DNA from: Anolis carolinensis | Lineage: Eukaryota | Length of the DNA: 64,000 nt | Assembly: GCF_035594765.1 (NCBI RefSeq) | Contig: NC_085842.1 | Coordinates: 304,281,749-304,345,748, forward strand | Reading direction: 5' to 3' | Shown here: piece after piece, positions 45,063 to 58,157 of the stretch | How positions within the stretch are numbered: the stretch's first letter is position 1 | Layout: every line of letters starts with the position of its first letter | Made by a program: the position numbers and the translations under genes | Notes under the pieces: model-generated | Told to the model about the DNA's origin: nothing | Databases searched by the model: none | The model's input: only the letters and a program-made list of their open reading frames with translations

Positions 45063-45476
45063 CTGTAGAGCGTTGTAGAGAGAACATTTCTGTAGACATT
45101 TGAAAGTTTTTAAATGCAGTTCAAAGACCAAGAAATTACTCAAGAGTTGTTGCTTTGAATAAAAGCAAGGTTGAAAAAATTCTGTTCTCCCACTTTCTAC
45201 ATCCCTACTTCCAGCAAATGTGGAGGGCATACTGTACTTCAATTTTAAGCTGGTTTTTTTCTGTTTCATATTTTTTTCTCGTTTAAATAATCAAACTGAA
45301 TTTAAATCTGCCTTTTTCAAAATGGTTATATTCATTTTGCAATTGCTTCTACGTTTTCATTATACTTTTTCTATTTGTAGGCTACAATGTGATCACAAAC
45401 TAAGGGCAGGATAGAAGTACTGTAATAAACAAATAATAAAATATCAGTCAGAAAAAGATTTTTTTTAAAAAAACTG

Positions 45477-45482
45477 TTTATT
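45477..45482 (-). terminator. Candidate RAI14 polyadenylation signal (3'UTR about 2.5 kb)
   Basis: AATAAA on the minus strand followed by a T-rich tract. A second hexamer lies at about 45658-45663. Confidence 0.5.
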
Positions 45483-48021
45483 TGCGAATAGGGTAACTTT
45501 TGTAAAATTACATACAAAGGGCAATCACTATGCTATAGTATACAATTTCCAATGTTTCACAAAGATAATTGCAATAAATACACGTAACAAAACAAGGTAA
45601 AAAGCTGTTTGTCAGGCAGCCTACAAAACAGTTCCTTAAGTTTTACTCTTGGCAGCATTTATTGGCATATTTTAGATTTCTGAATTTGTTTTTGTAATGT
45701 TTTCACATTTCTTTGGAGCACTAGAAAAAGGTATGGAATTATGAAATATTGTCCAAAATTGACAGGCATTTGTTAAACCAAGGTCTCATGCATTTGCTCC
45801 TACACCGATTGGGTCATATACTTCTAAATCTATGTAAGTTTGGCTATTGTAAAAAGAGGGGCTGATATTTAGTGCATGAAAAATTTCAAAGCCTTGAGGC
45901 ATGGGGCAAATACCTGTCTCTAAGCACCCCATACTACATAGAGAATTACTGCAGCAAATGTAACTCCATCAATAGGATTTTTAAAAAATTGCATAAATTG
46001 AATTGGCATGCCAATCACAAATGGTTATCCCCTTTCGGCACAATGTAATTTATTTAGGCTTCTGGAGTGTTCTAGCTTATGGAAAGCCTAAATCTAATTG
46101 CCAGTTCTAACTAAAGTAGATTCACTGAATAAACTTCTGAATGGTAATCAATGCTTAAATAAAAGTGACTGATTCAGTGGTCTGACTTTGGTTGGAAATG
46201 GCAGCTGGATTCAGACTACAGACAGCTGTTTTGGTGCACAGATGGTGTTACGAATTCTGCTTAGAGGATTTAAATAAAGGTCTCTTATTTTCAAAAGTGA
46301 TCTCCCACCATCAAGATCTTGAAATATAGGACTGTGTCTGCTGCTTTCTAGTTTTAGGTGAAATACTACTGGAAGAACTCATAGCAGCCTACAACTTGCA
46401 TGGTGCCTTGTGAGACATCACTGTAGCTGGAAAACTACTGCAAAATCCCAATCCATTAATTGAAAAATCTCCAAGCAAAGCATAAGTTCACAACATTTTT
46501 TATATTACTTGCATGAAAAGGGACACCCAGGCCACTTCCACACAGCTGAATAAAATCCTACATTATCTGCTTTGAACTGGACTATATGGCAGTGTGGACT
46601 CAGATAATCCAGTTCAAAGCAGAAATTGTGGGATTTTCTGCCTTGATATTCTGGGTTATATGGCTGTGTGGAAGGGCCCTCGGGCATTATTGAGCACTTC
46701 CATGTTTGTCTGTAACATTCATGCAGTTCTATGTACCAGCTGTTCGTTCTAAATGATCTTTAGGCACAAATATAATTTGTAGGATCATTCTTGCATAACA
46801 TACATTTAATGTGGCTTAGAGGGAAAAAAACCCCAAGGCTTCTCTGTGGTATAGATGTTACAAGATTTGGCAACAAAAATGAGAGAAGACTAAATATTTA
46901 ATCATCCTCATTTATTCTAGGATGTATGGACCATTTCAATATAACATTTTCCAGGGATACTTCCACTGCAGTTTACAATACAGCAGGACTAAGGGAGAAA
47001 GACAGGGAAAAGGACAACTACCTAAACCTTTCCTTATTGAAGCTTATTGCAAAATAACAAAAGAAAAAACCCCATGTTACCCGGCAAATGGCTTTAGTTA
47101 CAAAAAAAGTTTTCTAAATTTGAGGGCCAGTAAAAATATATTGTAGAGAAGATCTGTTACAAAAGTGAGGTTCAGAATTGTGAGGCAAACAGTGCTCACT
47201 GTAAACATCATGAGTTCATTCGGATCCCTTGTTTACCATTTGGAACATGGGCTTGTTTTTTGTTTTTGTTTTCCTCCTGAGCTCCAGGGCCAATAGCACT
47301 GCAAGGATTTGCATAGATAGCTTGACCTACTACTCAATAAAGAAACTGAGGTTGCAGCAGAGATACCATTCACTGGGTTTTAGTACATGGCTATGCTTTA
47401 TGTTATGTGATTAGTACATACCACTGGCCTGGCGTTTTTGTAATCCATACATGCCTTGGTTAAATATATTCTAAAAAACAGCATAGCTGGGTTTAGCCAA
47501 TTGGTGGCTTTGTCGAATGATGCTGGCTTTTCTTCCTTTCGTGTAACAAGGCCAAAGGGTTTCAGAATCAGCTGCACCTACCATTATAATGGACATCTGA
47601 GGGTCTTAAAACATATATAAGATTACTTCTTCCTCTTTCTTAACAAAGATCTGAAACATTCTCACCTTCAAATGGTGGATATATTCTTTTCCAAAATGGG
47701 GCACTGCATTCTGGGACTTCCATGGTTTGCACCAAAGAGTGATAACCAACGGAAGCACTGAGACACTCTCTAATACTGTAGGTCAGACTTTGACCACCCC
47801 TGATTTAAAGTAGTTGCAATTTCTGGAGAACTGTGCATGTCTCTACGACGCACAAACAGTGCTCTGGGAAACACTGGGGTAAGGGAAGACACGACAACAC
47901 GTTAGCTCCTAAAACATAAAAAGGAAATGGGAAGTTTGGCCGGGATCCACGGCGATTCCCTGAAAGGGGCTGCCCATCCGATTTCATGTTAAGGCAAGAC
48001 TCAAGCTCTACAGCAGCACCA

Positions 48022-51000
48022 TCACGGATCGACAAAAACGGTTTCACCTTTCTTTTGTGACTGAGTTTTGCACATGGTTAAAATCTGTTTCAGCACTTTC
48101 TGGACATCTTCATCCATTTGGCCCTGGGGATGGGAGGGGGAACAGGCGGTAGAAAAGAACATATATGCTATTATTCCACTGCTGAACAGCTCTTACGGTA
48201 AAGACGTTCTTTCTAATGTTTCGATTTCTTGTACTAATCTATTGAGCATCAGAAAACAGATTGGCTCCATCGTCTATCTCAGGCATGAGCAAACTTCGGC
48301 CTTCCAGGTGTTTTGGACTTCAACTCCCATAATTCCTAACAGCCAGCACCTGGAGGGCCAAAGTTTGCCTATGCCTGGTCTACCTGGCAAAATCCATTTG
48401 CACTGGATTATAACTTTCATCATATACTGCCAGTAGAATTCATTTAGATCAGAGGTGCTCAACCTGTGAGTTCCCAGGTGTCTTATTTATTTATTTATTT
48501 ATTACAATATTTATATCCTGCCCTTCTCACCCAACAGGGGACTCAGGGCGGCTTACAATAAAACACACATATAAAACCTGTACAATACACTATAAATCAG
48601 TTAAAAATTAACTTACATAAAACATTCATAAAACGCATTATAAAATACAGATAGGCATGTTCAAGTTTAAAAGACTGGGTCTGTCAATTGAGTTCCAGCG
48701 TACATAATAATAATTAATGCTGCTGATTCTTGGCCTACAACTCCTAGAAATCTCGGCCAGTTTACCAGCTGTTAGGATTTCTGGGAATTGAAGGCCAAAG
48801 CATCTGGGGACCCACAAGTTGAGAACCACTTATTTAGGTTAACTGATTTAAACCATTTTCAAATAAATAAAAAAGAGGCAGTTAAAGTCAATTCATTGTA
48901 AAAGAATACTAAAAGGAATGCCTCAAATTGTACCTCTTGCAGTATCTGATAGCTAACACTGGATGGTGACCAGATATACAGCATGCAGCTAATGATCTTG
49001 TTTTGCTTGAATGAATTAAAACTGTACATGTTGCTGATATTTAATGGGACACAGGTGGGTAACTACCTGGGGAATATCAATCAAATGTCTACTTTGGTCC
49101 TTAGAAGAAGCACTCCTCCCTCTGTACCTCCATGCACGTGCTTTCTAACATGTTTACATTAATGTTCAGTAAGACCAGATTTTCAACCATTAATGTATTT
49201 CTAAGTGATAGCCTGGGTAAAAACCAAAGAAAAATACTGGAAAAACCGTTACCTGCACAGCATAGAGCAGATGTGTCCTGTAAACAGATACAATATCCTG
49301 GTGTTGTTTCTTTGTTTCCTGTAAAGAAAGATGAACAGTTGAGGAGTGAGCGCATGCATAATTTTGGCTTTCTGCTGGCGTTTAACAGGAATATGGTTTC
49401 ATTTTGTGGCAAGGAGGCACTGGTTGCTGTAATCCTGAATGAAGAATTTATTCACTCACTAGAATTTACTTCATTGCAACATTTCTACTGTAATAATAAC
49501 CACTCTAAGTGAACCTGGATAAAGAACCTTAGACTTAGAGAAACTGTGCAGCGATGAAGCAAAAGCCAGGGTTTGAGTGCCTTTTGTTACGATGGCCTAC
49601 TTCACTGGATACATGGTTCACAAGTTTATAGTAAATTAAACTTGTCTTCAAGGAACCAAAAGATTCTTGGTTGTTTTCAATGGAACAGATTGACATAGGC
49701 AGACCTCTAGAAACAGACTCGAGGCAGCCTAAGAATACTCTGGAAACCATTGCTCGTTCCTATGTAAGCAGAGAATACGGAAACCTCATGAAACCTAGTA
49801 CTTGTGCCAGGGAAGGATATCATACTCTACTTGCAGTTATAGAAAGCTGGCCCCACTGTGCATTCATGTTAAGATTACTTGCCTATAACATTTGCCAATT
49901 TAGAAATGTCAAAGTACAAACATTCTGTATTCAAGTCACCATTAGATATTTCAAGCAGACCAAATCAACAACAAGCACAATGTTGAAATACCATTGACAG
50001 TACGCAACGAGGCTTCTCAAAAAAATAAAACTTTAGGAAAGACATGTGTCTTTCTCTACCTCACCTTTCCCCTATTACTGGGCAATTGTGACTTTCAAGA
50101 GGTTTTTACTTGCCAGAAGATCTTAAAGCACAGCGTGGATAGTGACATAATTTGCCACTTGTATGAAATCACCTGTGACTTGTGGTTTTGCAGCAATGTT
50201 GTGCTGCAGGACTGTACAGAATACAATGCATGGGGAAAGTGACCAAATGTTGCATGTTTAGTAGAGTTTCTACTAAAACCATCCACAGCATAGTTCTAAA
50301 AAAGGGGTTAGGCTGAGTTAATACAGCATTCTAACCCATTTAAAGAAAATGTAACTTTGGGGCCATGTTGCCTGTACTCCAGAGGGAACTTCTCGGAACT
50401 TGCCAGTAGTTTAAGTTAGATACATCATTAGGCCATGGTGATATTTGAGAGCCGGTATAGAGCAAAGAGGTGCCACAGCAAATCATTTACTCCTGTTACC
50501 TCACACATTCATATTTGATTTTAACAGCATGTGATGCCAGAGAAAAGGAAATGGAATCTCATGGGCATGAAGATGAAGGAGCCAGTTCTCCAGTCGTGCC
50601 AGGTAACAGCAGCTGCAGAACCAAAGTCATTTCCTATTTTAAACATGTGAAGCAAGCTTTGCATTCTGCTGGACCCCAAAGGGGAGATGAATTTGCAAGA
50701 GACATACTACCATGATAATTACATGGGCAGATAGCAAGAACCCTCCTTCTAGATTACTCTATTCTGGTTCATCCATTACCAGGATTGTCCTGAGACGGAA
50801 GAGCAAACATCCCTGCCCATTGCACAGATGTGGTCAATCAAATAAAGATGAACCACTCATTACATGTTGATGACTTGACTGTGGATGCCAGGCTTGTGCC
50901 ATGCTTTTTCTTCACTGGGTGGGTGGGTGAGTTTTGAAATTCAGAGAGTTAATTTTTTTAAATAATGAATTCCTCTAACTCACAGATGTGTATAAACAGT

Positions 51001-54000
51001 ATTCAGTGGTGACTAGGTTTAACAAATGAATCCTTTGCATTTACTCATTACTTCAAAAACTTTTGAATTAACAAGAGAATGACATGTAACCACTCTCAAT
51101 ATACATTTAAAAAGTAACTTTAAAAAGTAACTACCAAACATTCCATGTTATATTAGTAAGGTAATTCACAGTGTCATTCAGGCTACTATTGACTGAGAAC
51201 CTGGCTGTCACAATTAACATAACAGTTTTGTAGATGGAGCCTTGCTATATATCTTCATTTGAAAGCCTCTTTGGATTCACTGGTTAGTCACTGCAGCAAA
51301 CCTTTGAACCATACAATGCCTGATAGACATGGAAGGTAGAGTAGTGTTTGGCTATGCTCTATAGCCAGATACACCCGCTGAGATCAGCAAGGGCCCTGCA
51401 GAGGTCTCTGCAGATTATGTAATTATTTTGCATCTGGCTACTGCATCACAGCCTGAAGCTTTTCTGCAACAAACCCCAGCCCTCCATCAGCTACTGGAAA
51501 GCTGTGAGGAGGTTGCAAGGGCTAAATGGTGAGTCAGGGGTAGGGATGGCGGTTCACTACAGAGAATGGAAGAGAATACGAACCCCTTTAATGAAATACA
51601 AAGGCATATGTTGAACATAAGCCTCCATATGTCATTAACAATACCAGCTAGATTTTTTTTAAAATCCTCATTGGCTAGTAGTCATTTAAAGTAATATGTT
51701 TTTATAACTTGTGACTTCAAGCTCTGGAAAATCATTCGAGTCTTGCCTGGATGTGCTTAGCAGGGACATGACAAGAAAGACTGGTGGAAGGAGGATATAA
51801 TGCTATTTACTTATATGAAGCCTACTCTACTATGAAAAATAGGTAGATGGGGGAATATTCATCCTTCAAGATGTTAATGGACTGTAACTCCTCATCAGAC
51901 CTAGCCAACACAGTTAATAGTAAGGAAGAATGTGAGTTGCAGTATTACAACCATTTTCCTGTCCCTGAACATGACATCTTGATGGGATTAGTTCCCCAAA
52001 GTCCAAAAGACATATCACAAGTGCTTGCTTGCTATGGCCGCTTTCCCTAGGTATGCTAGATTGTTCTTTCATCAGCAGTTTAAGACTTACTTTTTTCATT
52101 CTTATAGGCTTTTGGGAACAGACTGTTTTATGAGTTCAGCAGTGTGCTAAACAATTATTTCTTGCCTTTTAAACGAAGTTATTAAAATGCCTTTGTGTTC
52201 AAATTAACTTTTTTTGGTATGAGTATAGCACATTCCAGCATGTGTTTCAATTTTGTAAGTCACTATGTCCCAGCTATGGGAAAGAGAGCAACATAACAAA
52301 AAGGAGGGGTGGTGATAATAATGATGATAGCCTCAGGAGTATTTCTGCATCCTATTTTATCACACTGTTTTTTCCCGTAACAAGAACATATCTGTGTAAG
52401 CAACCTATGTACTTACCGCCAGCTGGTTTTGTAGCTGCTTGACTTGCTGTTGTAGCAGCTCCAGCTGCTGGCTTTGCCTTTTCGGTGTGCCAGAAGCATA
52501 AGACAGCTGGGAGAGACTGTTCAGTGCTTCCTTCAGTTTGATAACTTCTTTAGACATGTCAGTTATCTGGTGAGAAGCAGAAAAAGGGAGAAATTGCATT
52601 TGAAGGAGATCCACTGGTTCCAAACAGATCTTATATATATTTTAAAAAAACAACTCATTGTTTCTCAGCCTTCATCTTCAGTGGTTTACAAGCCAACTTT
52701 GGACCATTATTTCAGTATTCAGTTAAATATTCATGGTTAAACATTACGCCTATGGAATATCTAGACGCCTTCTTTTTCTAGTCGAAGAAAGGATATACTG
52801 TAAATCAGAATTTGAAAAGCCCAAATCCCCATCCACACAAGGATTAGTGTTCACTCTGTCTCATTTATATCCATTTTGCATGCACTTTCTTCCAAGTTGG
52901 TACTGCACAACTAAAACTCCATCTTAGTACCAGCTAATCCAGATCTACTGACTGATAATTCTATTCTTTTTTCATTCACTTGAGTCACCTATTTCTGTAG
53001 GTTCAGACAAGGACTCAAGGTGGATATGTACACCATGTGCAGTGCAAAGAAGAATAAAAGTTTCTGATCCCATGTGCATTGCTCCTCCCATTACTTTGCC
53101 TAGTCAACAAAACAAGGATGCAAACCCTCTAGGGTTTGCAATCCTGCAATGATCCTACTTATATACTTCTGAATACATATTCAGCACTTCCCATGCTTTG
53201 CTGAACACAAGGGAGATCAGAAATGGATTCCCTTTCCACCTGTTGGACATATATACAAATGACCAGTTTCATTTTCTCTTTTATTTTTAAAAAAGAGAAT
53301 GTAATTTTCTAATTCCTTCAGACTTAATGCAAAGGCCATAATAAATTTTGGCTACTGGAAATGGTTTCCATCTGGCAGATCAAGCCAAGATCAAGGGAAT
53401 TTTCATCTATGGCAACTGGCATCAATGACAATTAGTGACAATTGGTTACCTTAATTACCAGTATGCCCAAGTCATCTTGATTTTCAGTCCCTGAATGAAC
53501 TTGGTCCAGGTTCCAATTCTCAACCAAGAGATAATAAGTGTCCATGATTTGAGACCATTAGATTTACCAACCTTTTTATCCTTGTCCTCTTCCATTTTTG
53601 AGGAACTTTCTGAAGCCTTTTTCATTTCAAATAGCTCTTCCTGAGCACGATGGTATTGTTGAAGCAGTCCTTTTATCTCCTGTTCCTTGGCGTCAAGGAT
53701 CGCTCGCAGATTCTCTTTCTCCCCTTTCACTTGTAGAATTTCCTTCTTCAAAAGTGATACATCTGTAGAAAGGTTCTCCTTCCCTTTCATGATGTCCTTC
53801 AGTTTGGATGTCATGGTCTTGACTTCCACCTCTGACTTAGACCGAAGCTCTTCATAGAGTGACCTGGGCACCATGGCTTCACACACAGCCTCTTCTTCTT
53901 CCAACAGTTCCTTCTGGAGACGCTGCACCTCACTTTCTTTGTAAAGAAGCTGCTCTTGGAGATTGTTTATTTGTTCTTCCATTTCCTTCACTGAGCTTCT

Positions 54001-57000
54001 GAGAGCAGTGACCACCTGGAGATGCTCTGTGATGGAGACGGAGTTCTTCCTCTGCGAGTCTACCAGGTTCTGAAGTTGTGTTGCTTCACTTAACACCTTA
54101 GCATACTGAGCCTTCATTTCCATCAATGCACTCTCTGCTTGCTCTCTCTGTAAGGCAGTGACCTCCAACACCTTCTCATGTTCCTCCAGAGGTATGCATG
54201 CTGGGCTGGCATCTTCTGAAGTACTCTTTTTCCTGAACTCTTCAAGTTCTGTTTGCGCTTCTTTGTATAGCTGAGAAAGTTCACTGACCTGCTTGTTCAG
54301 CTCGTTTATTATCTTGTTCTTTGCATCCCTCATTTCTGGATCTTCTTCACCTTGCCCTGACTCCATCTGGCTTTTCAATTTGTCCTGCAGCCTTTTGATC
54401 TCTTCCTGTCCTTCCTTGTACCTCTCAATTAACAAAGCCTTCTCTTGGTTGATGTTCTCAATAACCAAGCAATAGGAACTCTTCATCTCCTCACACTCTT
54501 CTGCCGACATGCTGCCCACTGCATTCCTTTCTTTCTCTTCCAACTTTTCCTCTAGCTCTTTCACTTTCTCTCTCAACTTATTGCTTTCTTCCTGTGCTTT
54601 CAGTAACTCTTCCTTCAACACTTCAATTTCCTCACACGTCGCTCGGAGTTCCTGCAGATCAGCTTCTTTGCTCTCCGAAGCTACCAGACCCAGTTTCATT
54701 TGCCTCTGAACATTCAGGACCTCCTTCATTGCTTCTTCATACTTGCTTTGGGTTTCTTTCAGTTTCTGATTGAGATCAGAGCCATTCTCTGAAATCTCTG
54801 AACTATTCAACAGGTGATCTGCTTCTGCTACGCCAGACTGGAGTTGATTCTCCAAGTGCCGCCTCTTTACTTCTGAGCTGTCCAGTCTCTTCTGGACTTC
54901 CTTTAAATTGTCTTGTAGCTGTTTAATTTTTACTTCATTATTGGCTGCTTCTTCCTGAGCCTGCATTAAGCTCAGGGAAGAGGAGTTTATCTCTTGAGTT
55001 GCTGCTGCAGAGCTCTCACTCAACCCATCTGTAGAATAATCAAACTCTGTGCGTGTGGACCGACAAGAATCCAGTGTGGTATCCCCATCTTCTGTTTTGA
55101 ATCCTCTTGCCTGTGGATACAGCAGATGGCAGTATTAGACTAAGACATATGAGTATGATACAATAAAACACTTTTAAAACACCTTTTAAGCAAGCTGACC
55201 AAGAAAAGTTAGATTTCTACCCCAAGGACCATGAGGTAGGTAAACGTGATCTCACAACATCTGTGTATAACACTTGTCCTGCACGGCTAATACGAACATT
55301 CAATTTCCACTACAGGTCAAGCAGATGATAGCTTCCACAAAGTTCAATTCTACCTTCTTCCACCAATGGATCACATTACACTACTATTGCTCTAAGGCAT
55401 GTGCTGCAACAAGTTAGTGTGTCGGCAGCAGTATGTAGGTGTGATGTATGAAAATTACGGGAAGCCTCTAATCTATGTGAAATAATCAATATCAACTTGC
55501 ATGCATGCAGCAAAGCTGCCAATTAATATTAGTAACATTATTAATTATCCACAAATAACTTATTATTGGTTATTATCTTATAAATCATATATTTTAAAAA
55601 ATACAAATGAAAGGTTTTTGTCATATATATATTGTGCCCTTCATACATTTCGTTATTACAATTTATGTATCTCTTATAAGGGGCTAATTTAACCTCCAGT
55701 TTGCTAGTAAAACTGAATTACTGTGTTGCAAAATGCTGCATGTCTAAAACATGTCACTAATACAAAATGTTTGGAAAGCTGTATTATAAGGTTTATGTAG
55801 CAATAACTTATGATGAAAATTTTGGGAATGAAACCATTTAAGAGTGATGTCAGGACTGGCCTTACCCTACCATGAAGCACAGTGTTTCAGGCACTGCATG
55901 TTCTAGAACAGAGACCTCAACAAATAAGGAAAGGAAGAGTCTCATCCACAGATACACAAATAAAAAGACATTCATAATACAAAAACAAAACACCAAACAA
56001 TGTTACAGAATATAGCCGCAATTAAGAACAGAAATAATAAATGGAGCCAATGAAAATGACAAACATGCAAAAATAGAAAAATACAGATTTGAATAGAATA
56101 CTTCAATTTACAACCAAAATGTAAACATGTAAGGAGCTCTACCAATTGTAACATAACAAAAGAAAAAGAAAACACCACCCCATAATGTAATGCAACAAAC
56201 AAAGTCTGCACGGAATAAACAAAATTAAAATAGTTGCAGTCATACAAAATATAATTTGTTTCTTCTCCAGCTGTAAGCAAAACAGATTATGTGCTGCTTT
56301 AAGAATCCATGTTCTAAGAGGACAGAGAGAAGCAGCAATACTTGGAGGATCATGAGCCATTTTGTCTCAGGTTACACATGGCATCAATCATAGATATGAG
56401 TGGGTAGATATTTCCCTATATATAGACCACATCTCTTTCTACATACCGGCATGGGCACCAAGATCTGCCAGGGAGGCCCTCCTCTTGGTCCCGCCTCCGT
56501 CTCAAGTGCGGTTGTTGGGGACGAGAGAGAAGGCCTTCTTGGTGGTGGCCCCCCCCGTCTTTGGAATGCCTTCCCGAGGGATAACAGGCTAGCCCCCACT
56601 CTTCAAGCCTTCCATACACAATTGAAGACATGGGGATTTTTTTTACAAGCCTTCAACCATATTTAGATTCCTTTAATGAATATACGTGAGGACCCATAGA
56701 TTTCACTAAGCACTTTACATGACTGAGATTGATTATTGTTGTTTTATACCTGCAGCTATTGCTGTATTCTATTGATTTGAACCAGGGGGTTTTGTGAAGT
56801 GAGATATTTATTGTCGCTGTTATTGTTTTATATTATTGTTTCTGCAATTTTTGTATTTTGTGTTTGCACCTTTGAGTGTTCTATAAGCCACCCAAGTCTC
56901 TCTGGGAGACAGTGGGGGGGTATAAAGTTTGTTTGTTTATTTATTTATTTACTTATTTATTTATATTTATTTGCACCCTAGACTAGTTTCTCAAACTGTG

Positions 57001-58126
57001 CTCCTCCAGATGTTTTGGACTTTACCACAATTCCTAACAGCTGGTAAGCTGGCTGGGATTTCTGGGAGCTGAAGTCCAAAACACCTGGAGGAACACAGTT
57101 TGAGAAACACTGCCCTAGATCCATATCAAATATCCAAAAGGTTCAGACATCAAGTGACTATGCAACATTTCTATTGTTGTTGTGTGCCTTTAAGCCATTT
57201 GTGACTTATGGTGAGCCTATTATGGGGTTTTCTTGGCACAAATTGTTCAGAAGATATTAGTCACTGCTTCTCTCTGAAGCTAAGGAAGTGTGACCTGTTC
57301 AAGGTGACCCAGTAGTTTTCCATGACCAAGCAGAGATTTGAACCCATGTCTCAGGCTTTCAATACCAACAACCATGGTATCCTTCTGGAACACCTGGAGG
57401 GACTGGGAATTGGAGACACAGTGTTGCAGAAGTTCTGGTTATATTTCTCAGGCAGGATCCAGATGGTGGCCCTTGGGGATAGAAGTTCCTAAAAAAGGAG
57501 CTGCTATGTGGCATCCCACAAGGGACCATTCTATCCCCAATGCTTTTTAATATTTACACGAAACCGCTGGGAGAGATCATCCAGAGGCATGGGGCGGGGT
57601 GATATTATCAGTATGCTGATGACACCCAAATATATTTCTCCATGCCTTCAAAACAGCTTCAGCTAAGGATAGCATGTCTCTTTTGAATGAATGCCTGGAG
57701 GAGGTAAGGGGCTGGATGAGGAAAAAAACTGAAACCAAATCCAGTCAAAACAGAGGTGCTTGATATCAAGGGTCCTAATCTAGGGATGGAGGTGTGTCAA
57801 TCAGTCCTGGATGGGTCACACCCCCTGAAAGACTGTGCTCCTAGATCTGTCTCTTCAAATGTCATGATAACTTTAAAAATACTATTTCATATCATGAGAT
57901 GTTCTAATACATACCTGTAACTTTTCTTGCAGTTTCTTGTTATGCACAGTCAAAGAAGCAATTTTTGCTTGTAGTACTATGAGTAGGTCTTGCTGGTCTG
58001 TTTCTGAACTTAGATCCAATAAACTATCAGCACCTTTAAAAATTAAAAGAAAGGGAATGCGAAGAAACAAGTCATTTATTATTTCAGTTTCCAGTGCAGT
58101 CATTGATATCTGCCAGTTTATGTTAA

Positions 58127-58157
<31 letters not shown>

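Noticed and set aside
53455-55023. 522-aa coiled-coil ORF as a standalone gene
   Set aside because: It is the large internal RAI14 exon (53572-55110). The listed start is a TTG codon and the tail is intron read-through.
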